IMG/VR virus record: IMGVR_UViG_3300049460_000312
Location: 186,001-250,000 of that record
DNA length: 64,000 nt
Strand: one strand, 5' to 3'
Part shown: piece by piece, positions 8,690 through 19,501 of the stretch
Numbering within the stretch: position 1 is the stretch's first letter
Layout of the letters: each line of letters begins with the position of its first letter
Notes under the pieces: model-generated
What the model was told of the DNA's origin: nothing
Database searches by the model: none
What the model saw: the letters and a program-made list of their open reading frames with translations, nothing else
Translations under genes and position numbers: made by a program

Positions 8690-11572
8690 ATGGCTAAAGA
8701 GAATACGTTCGCCCAGGTCGCGAGTCTGCAAGGCTCGCGCCAGCGGGTGCCGGCATTGCAGCTGGTGCGGGATAAGCCGCTCTCTGCATTGCTCTCGAAG
8801 GCGGTCGATCCCACGATCCAGCCTACCCACACTCAAGCCGGTTCTCGTAAAGTTGAAGCGCCCAGTCTGGGCGCGTTGCACAACATTGCGGGTCGTACCG
8901 CTAACAACATCTCGCATGCCGACACCGTCATGCAGATGCTGCCCGACATGCAGTTGGGCGCCCAGATTCTGGTGAGTTCAGTCACGTCGCCGAAAGACAT
9001 GGTGACCCTGGAGCTCAATTACCAGACCACCCCCGGCATACTGCCTCCGACTGTCCTGGCCACTGTTGTCCAGGCCGTGCGTGACCATTTCGATAACGTC
9101 TACAAGATTAAGAACAAGATCCCCCGGATTTTGCACGAAGTCCTGTTCGAGAAAGGTTCGCACGTCGTCGCCATCATCCCGGAAAACTCCATCGACGAGA
9201 TGATCAACCGCAGCAATGCGGTCTCGATGGAATCGTTTCAGGAAGCGCTCGGGATTGCCCCGGGCATGCCGATGACCAAGGAACAGGCGCTCACCGCCAA
9301 CCTGGGTATCCTCGGTGCGGGTCTCGAAGGCTATGCCGGCGACAAGAAGGTTAAGGCGCGCACTGGCCTGACGGGCGGTGCGGCGTGGTCGGTGGGTACG
9401 GAGTCGCTGGAGGATGCGTTTGCGTCGTTCAAGACGGAGCAGATGCCGTTCTCGCAACAGATGCACTTTGAAGGCGGCAACAAGGGTCAGTTCGAAGCGC
9501 TGGAAGGCGTGTATATCACCGACAACCCGAATGTGCTGCGCCTGCCCAAGCTCGAAGAGAAGCTGCGCCGTGACCAGTTGAACGCGAAGATGCGTTTTAA
9601 CAACACAGCACTGGCACTGGAAGCGCTGGGCTCGTCGATGGGGGGTCAGCTCAAGCTCGATGATCGCAGCCTGAAGAACCTGATCTACAAGCCTCGCAAG
9701 CGCGGCATCCAGCCGATGCAGGCGATGAAGACCGACAGCCAGCTGACCCGTCGCTCGGTGGGCCATCCGCTCGTGATGGAGCTGCCCTCGGAAGCGGTGG
9801 TGCCGGTCTACACGCCGGGTCAGGAAGATCGTCACGTCGGTTACTTCGTGCTGCTCGACCAGACGGGTAACCCCGTCAAGGCGATGAACGAGAAGGACAG
9901 CTTCGGGGAAATGTCGTCGCGTCTGTTGAAAGCTTCCAACCAGACCACGAACATCACCAATCGCCTGAAGCAGCTCACCGATGGCCTGAACTGTAACGAG
10001 CAAGAGTACACCGAAGCCATGGTACGCGTGTATGCGGACATGGTGGAGTCCGACCTGTTGGCGCGGCTGCGCAATGGCGTCTACACCAACAGTGTGGCGC
10101 TTGCGAAGAACACCGACTACTACCGCGTAATGCTCTCGCGTGTGTTGGCTCAGCAGCATACGACGATTCTCTTCATGCCGGCGGATCTGATCACGTATTT
10201 TGCCCGTAAATACAGTCAGTACGGTATTGGTATCTCGATCCTCGACGAGATGAAGATCCTGAATAACATGCGTGCGATCGCGATGATGGGTAATACCATC
10301 CTCGGCATCAAGAACTCGATTCCGCGCACGCAGGTGAATCTGACCATCGACGAGACCGACCCCGATCCGTACAAGACGGCCGAGACGGTGCTCAACGAAA
10401 TCGCCCGGGTGAATCAGACCGCAGTGCCCTTTGGTGCCTCGGCGCCGGTGGACATTGCGGACTACTACCAGCGTGCTCAGTATCAGGTTCGGGTCACGGG
10501 TCACCCTGCGATTCCGGAAACCAATATCGAGTACTCGGAGTCGAACACCAGCTACCAGAAGGTCGACACCGATCTGGAAGAGAGCCTGCAAAAGCGTGCG
10601 CTGATGGCGATGGGCTTGAATCAGGAGCACATCAACAACGGTTTCAATACCGAAACGGCAACGTCGGTGGTGGCCAATAACCTGATGCTCTCGCGTCGGG
10701 TGATGGTGATTCAGGACCAAATCAATCCGCACATCACGGACTACCACCGCAAGGTGATCCGGGCTGATGAAACGCTGCGCGAAGAGCTGCGTGATATTCT
10801 CTTTAACGCCTACGACGAACTCGAAGTCGACGAAGAGGAAATCGCCAAGCAGATTGGTGCGGATAAGGCAGCAGTTAAGCCTCTGGTGATCGAACACATC
10901 CTCAACGACTTTGTCGAGGGTCTGGAAGTGTCGCTACCGCGTCCGAATACGGCCACGACTGAAAACCAGAAGGCTGCGCTCGAAAGCTATCGCGATCTGC
11001 TGGATGACTCGATCGAAGCGTATATCTCGGAAGACTACTTCACTGATGAAATTGGTGGGGAACTCAGCCGTGACGTGGATAGCGTCAAGAAGATGTTGCG
11101 GGCGTACTTCCTGCGTCGCTTCATGTCGGAAAACGGCATCATGTCGGAGTTGGCAGAAATCGTCACGCTCAACGAAGACGACGAAGCCGAGGTCGACCTG
11201 TGGCTGGAGCAGTCCGAGCACATCAAGAAGCTGATGAAGACGCTGTCGGGCTTCATGAAGAAGATCCACAAGACCAAGCAGGAAAGCAATGAGCTGGTGG
11301 AGCGTCTGAATGAAACCGCAGGTGGTGACCCGGACAGCGGTTATGGCGGCAGTTCGGATTCGTCGTCAGATTCCAGCAGTGATTCCAGCAGCTCGGATGA
11401 TCCGTTTGGCACGGGCGGTGGTGACGGTGGCCTGGACTTCCCGGGTATGGGTGATCTGGCCGACGCAGGTGCAGGCGGCGACGGTAACGACAATCCGGAC
11501 GACGAGAACGGGTCGGATACCAACAAGAGCAAGGACGGTGAAGACACGCCGCCTGAGGAGCCGGCGGTATGA
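8690..11572 (+). CDS. Portal protein (phiKZ gp129-like)
   Basis: 960 aa, helical; synteny with the nvRNAP beta and MCP block; acidic Ser/Gly/Asp low-complexity C-tail. Confidence 0.8.
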   Translation: MAKENTFAQVASLQGSRQRVPALQLVRDKPLSALLSKAVDPTIQPTHTQAGSRKVEAPSLGALHNIAGRTANNISHADTVMQMLPDMQLGAQILVSSVTSPKDMVTLELNYQTTPGILPPTVLATVVQAVRDHFDNVYKIKNKIPRILHEVLFEKGSHVVAIIPENSIDEMINRSNAVSMESFQEALGIAPGMPMTKEQALTANLGILGAGLEGYAGDKKVKARTGLTGGAAWSVGTESLEDAFASFKTEQMPFSQQMHFEGGNKGQFEALEGVYITDNPNVLRLPKLEEKLRRDQLNAKMRFNNTALALEALGSSMGGQLKLDDRSLKNLIYKPRKRGIQPMQAMKTDSQLTRRSVGHPLVMELPSEAVVPVYTPGQEDRHVGYFVLLDQTGNPVKAMNEKDSFGEMSSRLLKASNQTTNITNRLKQLTDGLNCNEQEYTEAMVRVYADMVESDLLARLRNGVYTNSVALAKNTDYYRVMLSRVLAQQHTTILFMPADLITYFARKYSQYGIGISILDEMKILNNMRAIAMMGNTILGIKNSIPRTQVNLTIDETDPDPYKTAETVLNEIARVNQTAVPFGASAPVDIADYYQRAQYQVRVTGHPAIPETNIEYSESNTSYQKVDTDLEESLQKRALMAMGLNQEHINNGFNTETATSVVANNLMLSRRVMVIQDQINPHITDYHRKVIRADETLREELRDILFNAYDELEVDEEEIAKQIGADKAAVKPLVIEHILNDFVEGLEVSLPRPNTATTENQKAALESYRDLLDDSIEAYISEDYFTDEIGGELSRDVDSVKKMLRAYFLRRFMSENGIMSELAEIVTLNEDDEAEVDLWLEQSEHIKKLMKTLSGFMKKIHKTKQESNELVERLNETAGGDPDSGYGGSSDSSSDSSSDSSSSDDPFGTGGGDGGLDFPGMGDLADAGAGGDGNDNPDDENGSDTNKSKDGEDTPPEEPAV

Positions 11573-11793
11573 GCATGATCGCCCTGGTGATCGGTTCCCT
11601 GTTGCTGTTTCTGGGCATCAAGCTCTCCTTGCTGGCCCAGCAGTATCACTTGCTTGGGTTCCGTGAAGAAGGGCGGCGCATGGGTGAAGTAGCTGTCACC
11701 CTGGCGATTGTCGGCTTCGTGCTCTGGACCGCCGGTACGCCCTCTCCGGAGGACGTGCTGTCCGTCGATCCGGATGTGTTCTGGCAGCAGTAG
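11569..11793 (+). CDS. Small two-TM membrane protein
   Basis: ATGA overlap with the portal stop; two hydrophobic helices. Confidence 0.6.
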   Translation: MSMIALVIGSLLLFLGIKLSLLAQQYHLLGFREEGRRMGEVAVTLAIVGFVLWTAGTPSPEDVLSVDPDVFWQQ

Positions 11794-11794
11794 C

Positions 11795-11858
11795 AACAAA
11801 AAAAAAGAAGACGACATAAGGCGAGAGTACCCCGAAGGGTACTCTCGCTTTTATGCCG
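11795..11858. terminator. Bidirectional terminator with TTATGCCG
   Basis: A-run, GCGAGAGTAC/GTACTCTCGC stem, then TTTTATGCCG, between convergent genes. Confidence 0.8.
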
Positions 11859-12004
11859 CCTCTTAAAGGCTTTTCCGCAAAGGTGGACGTGAAGAGGACA
11901 ACGGGATGGAGAAAACGGTTCCTAGGGTTAGGGTACAGCGCAAAGCCATCCAGCAATCCGAGTGAGCTCTTGACGTCCGTCATCTCACTCGGGTGCTTTG
12001 TTCT

Positions 12005-14092
12005 TTACGCTGCTTTGACTTCCTTGGACAAGAGGAAGCAATCACGATTCAGCAGGCCGCGGTGCAGGCGGTAGCGAACGTTGTCCTTGGTGACGAGGAA
12101 TTGCTCCGAGAAGTGCTTGGTGTTGATAGCTTCGGTGAAAGTGCTGCGCGCGATTTCGTACAACGCGCCCAGCGAATCACCCTGAATGGTAGCCGGTCCT
12201 TTCGGCGGCATGCCGATCGCGAGTTCGTCGTCCGTGAAGTTGACCCACACCGCACACACGAAACGTTGCAGGAACAGCACGCGCGCCAGAACCGATTCCG
12301 GCAGTTCCTCGACATCTCCCGTCGCGAGGGTTGCATTGGCGTAAGCCGTCATTTCGGTCGCAGCGACCACCTTGATGTTCGACTTCAACAGCAATGTCTG
12401 ATTCGCACGCATCTTCTCGCCGACCAGGGCGCCTTGCGTACGCTCCAGCACGTCGATGATCTGCGGGCCGTCTTCAGCGAAGTCCGAGATGCGCACCCCG
12501 ACGCCGAGCTCGCACTCGGTCGCACGGTTGATGGCTTGCACCAGAACGTCATTGATGGTCTTGCGGGCCAGATCGCTTCGGATCTTGCTGATGTAGCTGG
12601 CGGCTTCTGCGAAATCCTTGCTGCCGGCAATCGCGTTGATGACGATCATGTCGTCGTTGGCGTCTTCTGCCGAACCGTACACCACCGGCGAATTGACCAC
12701 CGACATGTTGACGAACGCATCCGGCACCTTCTCGCTCATTTCGGCAGTCAGGCGCGTGGTGCGAATCGCACCCGAGACGTCTTCTTCCGTGCTGTAGTGA
12801 TCCGCGACCGTGATGTTGATCTTCACGTTCTTCGAGTCCGTGTAAAGCACTGCGGCTTCCTTACGAACCGGTTTCTGGATGGCTTCCGGATCGGGCTGGC
12901 CCTTCGTCGGATCGATGGCGTGAGCATCGTAATTCATTGCATTTTCCTTTTGTTCTTCAGTCAACGGCTGCAGCATGGCGACAATCAGACCGTCCCTCGT
13001 TTCGAAATACAGCACCTTGTGAGTGCGTGCGCACCAGGCCGGGTGGAAGCGTTGCAAACGGCTCGGTTTCCATTTCTGGACTCCGTCCTTCACTTGACGC
13101 ATCACATCCACGGCTTCATTTTCAATCTGCACCGAGAACATCGGCTTGGCCGGCTTGACTTCTGCCGGCGCGGACACCGGCTGCACCGGTGCGCTGAAGT
13201 TCGTCACGTTGGCGTCGAACTGGCGTGCAGCTTCCGCTGCGTTCTGATCCACCGGTGCTTGCGTGACCATATGCTTACGGATACGCGAGCGATAACCCGT
13301 ATCGGTCGGCGTCGGGTCCGGACGATCGAGCGAAACCTGAGCACCCGAGAGACCCGTGTCATGCAAGGCGCCCTGCAGCGAGCCTTCCAGCTTGCCCAGC
13401 AGCTTTTCTGCACGCCGACCATAGCGACCACCCGCACGCGACGCGTTGTTGTTGTACGCGGTCGTGGTGACGCCACCTTCGAACTGCTGCGGGGCTTCCA
13501 CGTAACCACCCGTGATACCGCGGGCTGCCTGCATCGCCTGCTGGGTCGTACCGCTCACGCCCGTCAGACCACCGCCCGAACCACCCATCTGGGCGAAGGG
13601 CACATACTGCGCCTGACCTTGTGCGAGCGCCAACAGGTAATTCCAGATCTCGGCGTTTTCCCGCACGTCTGCTGCATCACGCGGATTGAGCGAAGCCATG
13701 AATTCTGGATCTTCAGCCGCCATCGCCGAACCACAGCACTTCACCCCACGGGCGATACATTCCTTGGCAGCCATATCCAGGCTACGGAATTCACCACCCT
13801 GCATGCCGTAACCGACACGCGTGATGATCGTCTGCACCAGATCCTGGAACAGCGCGTTGTTGAAGGCGTTTTCCGAAACGATGTTGAACATCCCCACCCG
13901 GATCGGATGGCCTTGTGCGGCACGCGCCTGAATTTCCTGAATTGTCATCAGGCAGATCTGCGGCGTGAGCTGATCGTACGGGTTACCGAGGCCGAAGTTC
14001 CAGTTGGCGAACTGGGGTGCGAGCTGCTGCAGATCGTACATTTCGATCGCGACACCGCCTGCGGGACGGTTGAACATGTTAGTCGTATGCAT
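12005..14092 (-). CDS. Conserved jumbo-phage hypothetical protein downstream of nvRNAP beta
   Basis: 695 aa with normal codon bias and an RBS; core-block position; ends in EVKAA. Confidence 0.75.
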   Translation of the reverse strand: MHTTNMFNRPAGGVAIEMYDLQQLAPQFANWNFGLGNPYDQLTPQICLMTIQEIQARAAQGHPIRVGMFNIVSENAFNNALFQDLVQTIITRVGYGMQGGEFRSLDMAAKECIARGVKCCGSAMAAEDPEFMASLNPRDAADVRENAEIWNYLLALAQGQAQYVPFAQMGGSGGGLTGVSGTTQQAMQAARGITGGYVEAPQQFEGGVTTTAYNNNASRAGGRYGRRAEKLLGKLEGSLQGALHDTGLSGAQVSLDRPDPTPTDTGYRSRIRKHMVTQAPVDQNAAEAARQFDANVTNFSAPVQPVSAPAEVKPAKPMFSVQIENEAVDVMRQVKDGVQKWKPSRLQRFHPAWCARTHKVLYFETRDGLIVAMLQPLTEEQKENAMNYDAHAIDPTKGQPDPEAIQKPVRKEAAVLYTDSKNVKINITVADHYSTEEDVSGAIRTTRLTAEMSEKVPDAFVNMSVVNSPVVYGSAEDANDDMIVINAIAGSKDFAEAASYISKIRSDLARKTINDVLVQAINRATECELGVGVRISDFAEDGPQIIDVLERTQGALVGEKMRANQTLLLKSNIKVVAATEMTAYANATLATGDVEELPESVLARVLFLQRFVCAVWVNFTDDELAIGMPPKGPATIQGDSLGALYEIARSTFTEAINTKHFSEQFLVTKDNVRYRLHRGLLNRDCFLLSKEVKAA

Positions 14093-14179
14093 GTTTCTTT
14101 CCTTTGCGTTTTAAGTTTATTGAGTAACTGTGGTGAAGTGGAGGCACAAAGCGCGGGGTTTTTCGCCCCGCGCCTCGCT

Positions 14180-15859
14180 TCATTGCTGGGCCACTGCGCG
14201 AGTGGTGAGTTCGAACTTCGCAATCAAGTCCAGCAGGTTTTCAAACTTCGGGTTCCGCCTGATGCCAGTGCGATCATCGCTAAGCAGCATGTAGTGGTTG
14301 ATCTTGCTGCGCCCATCCGGATCGGACTTCGGCATACAGCTAATCGCCGCCACTTCTGCAATCGACGGGTGAAGTCGTCGAGCGGGATCGTTTGCGGTTC
14401 CCCGGTCACCTGCCTTCTTCACTTGCTTGGACGTGGCCGTCTGCGGCGTGAGAGTGGAGGTGGCCTTAAACGCCATGTTGTCACCGGAGTAGCTGATACT
14501 GGCCACTTCTCCGTGCGACTTGCCGAGCTGGTAACACATCCCAGGCTTCAGGTTTTCCTTCATGTGCTTTTCGATGTCGCGGTCCGTCAGCTCCTTGCGC
14601 GCATTCGCTTTGAGCGCAAAGAACAGATTGAACACCGCCTTCGTCACATCGAACAGCACGAAGTACAGCACGCTCAACTCCTTGTTGTACATGCTGTTGA
14701 CCTTGTCCTGGTTGTTGGAAACCAACACACTGAACTGATCCGTGATGATCGCGAAAAAGTCGTAGATGTCGTTGATCTGCAACCCGATGTCGGCCATGTT
14801 GTCTTTCACCATCGAGTCCGCGTAGTCGTCCAGCGACGACAAGTGCTTGCGCACAGCATCTTCGATCTTGCCCCGGTTATTATTCTCCGAGAACAACATG
14901 TAACCCATCGGTGCAATCCAGCCTTCGGGCTTGTTCGCGAGCTCGGGGGTGATCTGTCGCGGAAAGTAATCCGCCACGTAGAAGAGGGCCGCCACATACG
15001 GAATCACTTCCGATTTGAAGTCAGCCTTTCTGATCGCCACCTGGATTTCAGGCGCTCGCCAGTCGATATACTTCTTGCGGCGCGTCATGCCCTTGGGCGG
15101 AATGCCCTGCGACGAGTAGACGTCCCATTCCGTCTGATCGAGTTCCTGGTCCAGATGGTAGCCGACGATCGGGGTAATCCCGACGTATTTCTCCACTGCT
15201 CCAGCAAATCCATACTTACAGAACAGGTAATGCGGCATCGACGTGAAGGCATTGTTCGTCGCCGCTTTGTCCTTGTCCTTGCTCTTGTGATAGATCCGGC
15301 TATGCACCAGATCCGTCCGCGCTACCTGGCCATTCTTCTTGTACCAGGCACCCAGACGCGAGAAGGTCAGGCGGTCACGCAACAGCCGCACAAAGATCTG
15401 CTCCATACCAACCGAGATCACCCGGTCAGCCAACACCGGCGAGATAAACCACTTGGTCCCGCTGATATAGATCGAGCCACCCTGGCCGACGAACGGCAGG
15501 TAGATCTGGCGCTTTTCGAGCGGCTTGCCCTTGAAGCTGAACGACAGCTCCATCAGGTAAAAGTCGGTGCGCGACATGTCATACGTTTTGCTGCCGGAAT
15601 TCTTCGTGCCCGGCGGCGTTTTCACTTTGCGCTTTTTGTTGCGCGGCTTCAGAGACGCCCGGTATTCCTCCTGGTAGTCGCAAACGCGATAACCGTCATA
15701 CGTGAGGCCTTCCGGGAATCCCAAGGCGGCTGAGCGAATCACCTGATCCACGTACGTTGACGTGTGTTTCATGTGGACGCGCGCCAACCCGTTCGCCAGA
15801 TCCATGTTCAACGGCGCTGACTTGCGCTCGATGAACTTTGTTAGGTTGGGATGCGGCAT
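14180..15859 (-). CDS. Non-virion multisubunit RNA polymerase, beta-like subunit fragment (phiKZ gp123-like)
   Basis: 559 aa; YLPFV..GG.IYISG..WFISPVL and RLHPSIAEV..KSDPDGRSKIN motifs; position next to MCP. Confidence 0.8.
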   Translation of the reverse strand: MPHPNLTKFIERKSAPLNMDLANGLARVHMKHTSTYVDQVIRSAALGFPEGLTYDGYRVCDYQEEYRASLKPRNKKRKVKTPPGTKNSGSKTYDMSRTDFYLMELSFSFKGKPLEKRQIYLPFVGQGGSIYISGTKWFISPVLADRVISVGMEQIFVRLLRDRLTFSRLGAWYKKNGQVARTDLVHSRIYHKSKDKDKAATNNAFTSMPHYLFCKYGFAGAVEKYVGITPIVGYHLDQELDQTEWDVYSSQGIPPKGMTRRKKYIDWRAPEIQVAIRKADFKSEVIPYVAALFYVADYFPRQITPELANKPEGWIAPMGYMLFSENNNRGKIEDAVRKHLSSLDDYADSMVKDNMADIGLQINDIYDFFAIITDQFSVLVSNNQDKVNSMYNKELSVLYFVLFDVTKAVFNLFFALKANARKELTDRDIEKHMKENLKPGMCYQLGKSHGEVASISYSGDNMAFKATSTLTPQTATSKQVKKAGDRGTANDPARRLHPSIAEVAAISCMPKSDPDGRSKINHYMLLSDDRTGIRRNPKFENLLDLIAKFELTTRAVAQQ

Positions 15860-15892
15860 GGCTATTCCTGAGAGATGGGTTAGAGTGACCTG

Positions 15893-17017
15893 TTATTTTT
15901 TCAGGGCTGCAACAGTGGCTGCAATCGCTGACAAGACCACAGGCACACACTTAATGACTTCGATGGTATTTTTGCGCCGTACACTCATGATCTCTGCAGC
16001 TTGCTTTTCCAGATACAGCTCATGCTCCTTGAGCAGCTTCTCGCGCTCACGCTGCAGTTTCTCCAGTTCCTGGCTATGACGCGAGAGCCGCAACTCGGCA
16101 TCCCGCTCCATATTGTCCCGTTCCTGCTGGACCTTGAGCAGACTGTTCTCTGCTGCCCGTGCCTTGGTTTCCAGTTCCTGGATCTGGATACTCCCGCGAT
16201 GCTGTAGCGCTTCTTGTTGACTCGCATACAACTTGTAAGGGAGTTTTTTGTCGCCGAAGGAATACCGATCGGAGAGCAGCTGCTTAGGGCCCTGGCCATT
16301 GAGCAGATTCTTGCTGTACGTGACATAAATGCCATCGGCCACGTCGGGGTCCTGACAGGCTACAATACAGAAGGGCGTATCGTCCATCAGAATCCACTTC
16401 GAGCCAAACTCGTCATTGTTATCCACAATGCGGATGTTCAGCGTGAAGTCACCTCGCTTCAGATACGGATTATCGGCGGTCACGGTCCGATACGAGGCTT
16501 GGGTATGGCCTGCCTTGGAATACGGATGATGGATGCGATTCATATCGCTTTCCGATAGTCCGTACATCACGACAACGTCGTGTTCTTCCAGATAGACCAC
16601 ACAGTCATTCTCTTGCAACTGGGCCAGACTCAGGCCACTCTTCACATCTACGGAATAGCGCGCGGTCAACGGCGGATTGCCACTCCAGTCCGTGAGCAGC
16701 GCGCGTTGCGCATATTCGCGCATGGAGTTCGGCGTGCTGCGCGCCTGGCGGATGTAATCCTGCTGGGTGTCGGGTGTGCATTCGATATGCTCGCAGATAA
16801 AAAGGTAATCCAGTTCGTACGCAGTCGATTCCTGCCTCGGTCTCACGCGAGTGAGCAAGCCCGAGCGTTCTCGAATGAATACGTCAGCCGGTAGCCGGTT
16901 GACAAAGAACTTGGTCCGGTCAGCTTCCACGCGTTTACGTTTCTCTTCACGCTGTTCATACGTGAGCGTGTCGACGTGATCGAGGTAGATTCGTTTCATA
17001 AAGGGATCGCTATTCAT
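15893..17017 (-). CDS. Conserved hypothetical protein with C-terminal coiled coil and hydrophobic tail
   Basis: 374 aa, first gene after the early-type promoter at 17115; lies between MCP and nvRNAP beta. Confidence 0.75.
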   Translation of the reverse strand: MNSDPFMKRIYLDHVDTLTYEQREEKRKRVEADRTKFFVNRLPADVFIRERSGLLTRVRPRQESTAYELDYLFICEHIECTPDTQQDYIRQARSTPNSMREYAQRALLTDWSGNPPLTARYSVDVKSGLSLAQLQENDCVVYLEEHDVVVMYGLSESDMNRIHHPYSKAGHTQASYRTVTADNPYLKRGDFTLNIRIVDNNDEFGSKWILMDDTPFCIVACQDPDVADGIYVTYSKNLLNGQGPKQLLSDRYSFGDKKLPYKLYASQQEALQHRGSIQIQELETKARAAENSLLKVQQERDNMERDAELRLSRHSQELEKLQREREKLLKEHELYLEKQAAEIMSVRRKNTIEVIKCVPVVLSAIAATVAALKK

Positions 17018-17114
17018 GGTTAGGTTCCTTGTCTGTAGTCACGTCGTCTTCAGACACGAGAGCCTAACCCTCGTTAGTCCTTGCGATATCCAGTTCCTGG
17101 TTATCTTCTCCTTG

Positions 17115-17122
17115 GTAATATG
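17115..17122 (-). promoter_or_regulatory. phiKZ-type early promoter core (CATATTAC)
   Basis: Near-match to the published phiKZ early consensus TATATTAC, upstream of the nvRNAP operon. Confidence 0.6.
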
Positions 17123-17162
17123 TTGCCCACGAATCTTTGATTTAAACAGGAAAAACAAATAG

Positions 17163-17205
17163 CGGCATAAAAGAAGAAGGAGCCCGAAGGCCCCTTCTTC
17201 CTCAT
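17163..17205 (-). terminator. MCP terminator, hairpin-TTATGCCG
   Basis: GAAGAAGG/CCTTCTTC stem next to CGGCATAA at 17163. Confidence 0.75.
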
Positions 17206-17288
17206 GCACAGCGCCCTGGTAGGCGGATCACCTTCCCGGATTAGCTGCCGTGCTCGCTGAAGCCTCCCAGGTCAGCGACCCGGAACTC

Positions 17289-19454
17289 TCAAGGAGCAGG
17301 CGTCACGTCCGTCGTGTCGAGCGCACCCGACACGAGCACCGGCACGCGCGTCTCGACCGTGGTCGGGATACCCGTGACCGTCAGCTTCATCAGAACCGGG
17401 AGGTTCGTGATGTGGCGGAATGCCGGCTGAACCGTGAGTTCCTTGCTGTTCGCACCGTTACGGTGGATCGGCAGGACGACCGTGACTTCCGGCTTCCATG
17501 CCATGTTGCCGAACTGCAGCGGATGCGGAACGCCGTCAGCTGCGCCCTTGACACCGAACGTCACGAAAATCGTGCCGTGCATTGCTTCGTTCTGCGTGTC
17601 CACGATGAGGACTTCTTCGAAGCCACCGCCGATGGTGCGCAGATCGCCTGCAACTTGCAGGTAACGAGCCGTGGTCTGGTCCGTACCGATGATGACGACC
17701 GGCTTGGCCGATTCGCCGCCAGCGAGCATGTCGGCTGCTGCCTTGTAGCCGGACATCTGGTACGCACGGAACACCATGTCGCGGATCACGTTGATCAGCG
17801 TTGCCTGGATGTTCGCAGCGAGTTCAGCGCTGTTACGCGTTTGAACCGTGCTGTCGACCTTGATTTCCTGCTCTTCGTAGTACGCCGTGATCAGGTGGCG
17901 GGCGATGCCCAGCACCATCAGGTTGTCGCCCAGCGGACGACGGCCTTCTTGCACGAGCGCCTTCAGCGTGTCGGCAGCCTTGAACAGTTCCGTCACGGCC
18001 ATGCCCGATGCCATTGCGCGCGTCAGCGTAACCAGCGAAGCCAGGTCGCTTGCGTCCGTCGTGTCGTTCAGGCCTTGCGGGCGCTTCACGGTGAACGGCG
18101 ACAGCAGCGGCACGGCGTATGCCTGCACGTCTTGACGCGTTTCGAGCATCTGACCGATCGAACGACGGTTCAGGTTGGTACGGCGTGCGTCGAGGTCGTA
18201 ACCGATGACTTGTGCGGTCGCGAACAGCGCAACGATAGCAGCCATCGAACCCGACGTCGGCAGAAGCACGTCGCCCGAAGCGTCGATGATCTTGTCCACG
18301 CGAACCGGCGATGCGTTGATTTCCGTGTCACCCTTGTCGCGAACGACCGAACCCGTCACCGTGGTCTTGATGTAGACGACCAGGTTGCCGTCGACCACCG
18401 GCTTGAGCGTGTCGAGTGCGGCGCCTGCGACGTTCAGCGTCGTCGGGTTGATCGACAGCGCGTTGGTTTCCAGACGCACGTCCATGCGTTGCTGGTCGCC
18501 CTGGATCGGGTACACGAACTGCGCGCCCGGCAGATGCGTCGTCGGGAACTTCAGCACGTCGTTGCCGACCTTCACGTACACGGCCTTCATCAGGATGTCC
18601 GTGTCGATCGAATCGGTTTCGTCCATGTGCCCTTGATCCAGCTGCAGATCGGTCTGCGACAGGTCGATCAGGTCGAACACCTTGTTCACTGCCAGCGGCG
18701 CGGTCGTGATCGACTCGCCGTTCACGTCTTGCTGCGACGTTGCGACCAGCGCCGGATCGACGAAGTTCGCCTTCGTTGCATCCGTCACGCGCGGCACGAT
18801 GTGCGTCGACGTCGAGTTGATCAGACCCGGGTTGCGGATCACGTTGACGATGTTGTGGCGGTTCCAGTTGTCCAGCTCGCCGGTGGCCTTACGGCGCACG
18901 CCGTTGATCAGGTTCACCAGGTTGATGTGGATGTGGTAACCTTGCTGGTCGGGAGCGACGACCACGGTCGGGTAGAACGCTTCGCCGAACGCGTCTTGAC
19001 GCGCGGCTTGCAGGTTGTACGCCACCGTGTACACTGCAGCTGCACGGTTTTCCTTTTCGTCGTACGATTCCATCGCCGGTCCGATACGGCCGATGCCGTT
19101 CGACGCTGCGAGGCCGCCTTGCACGTGCGACATGTCGCTGTTGCGCAGGAACGCGCCGATGTCGCCCGACACGGCGCCAGCGTAGACAGCAGCTTCGCGC
19201 TGAGCCGAGGTGAAATCACCTTCGAGGCCAGCGACAACGCTGTTCAGGCCCGACAGGGTCGAAGCCAGGTCCGATGCCGAGACGGCGTCGTCGAAACCTT
19301 CGAGGCCGAGTGCTGCGCCCGAGCCCTTGACGGTGCTCAGACCATCACGGCCCGACAGACGCATTTGGTTTTCGACTGCGTCGATAGCGGACTGCAACGG
19401 CGATTGCGTTTGATGGCCGTTGAAGCCAGCCATCAGTTTCTTCAGTTGAGACAT
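17289..19454 (-). CDS. Major capsid protein (phiKZ gp120-like)
   Basis: 721 aa with extreme codon bias; LEG/MESYD propeptide-type motifs, QDAFGEAFYPT and LQFGNMAWKPE; adjacent to DnaB. Confidence 0.9.
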   Translation of the reverse strand: MSQLKKLMAGFNGHQTQSPLQSAIDAVENQMRLSGRDGLSTVKGSGAALGLEGFDDAVSASDLASTLSGLNSVVAGLEGDFTSAQREAAVYAGAVSGDIGAFLRNSDMSHVQGGLAASNGIGRIGPAMESYDEKENRAAAVYTVAYNLQAARQDAFGEAFYPTVVVAPDQQGYHIHINLVNLINGVRRKATGELDNWNRHNIVNVIRNPGLINSTSTHIVPRVTDATKANFVDPALVATSQQDVNGESITTAPLAVNKVFDLIDLSQTDLQLDQGHMDETDSIDTDILMKAVYVKVGNDVLKFPTTHLPGAQFVYPIQGDQQRMDVRLETNALSINPTTLNVAGAALDTLKPVVDGNLVVYIKTTVTGSVVRDKGDTEINASPVRVDKIIDASGDVLLPTSGSMAAIVALFATAQVIGYDLDARRTNLNRRSIGQMLETRQDVQAYAVPLLSPFTVKRPQGLNDTTDASDLASLVTLTRAMASGMAVTELFKAADTLKALVQEGRRPLGDNLMVLGIARHLITAYYEEQEIKVDSTVQTRNSAELAANIQATLINVIRDMVFRAYQMSGYKAAADMLAGGESAKPVVIIGTDQTTARYLQVAGDLRTIGGGFEEVLIVDTQNEAMHGTIFVTFGVKGAADGVPHPLQFGNMAWKPEVTVVLPIHRNGANSKELTVQPAFRHITNLPVLMKLTVTGIPTTVETRVPVLVSGALDTTDVTPAP

Positions 19455-19501
19455 GATTTTGTTTTCCGGAAAAGAATGTAATTACAGGATCGATCGGATC
19501 G

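Noticed and set aside
11330-11572. Ser/Asp/Gly low-complexity repeats at the portal C-terminus
   Set aside because: Expected disordered acidic tail of phiKZ-like portal proteins; not novel.
11993-15733. 1246-aa + strand ORF, and similar long ORFs at 17250-19481, 8978-10897, 7087-8484 and 20273-21682
   Set aside because: Antisense shadows of strongly codon-biased real genes; no RBS, no motifs, and composition (R/V/H/D-rich) typical of reverse-frame reads.
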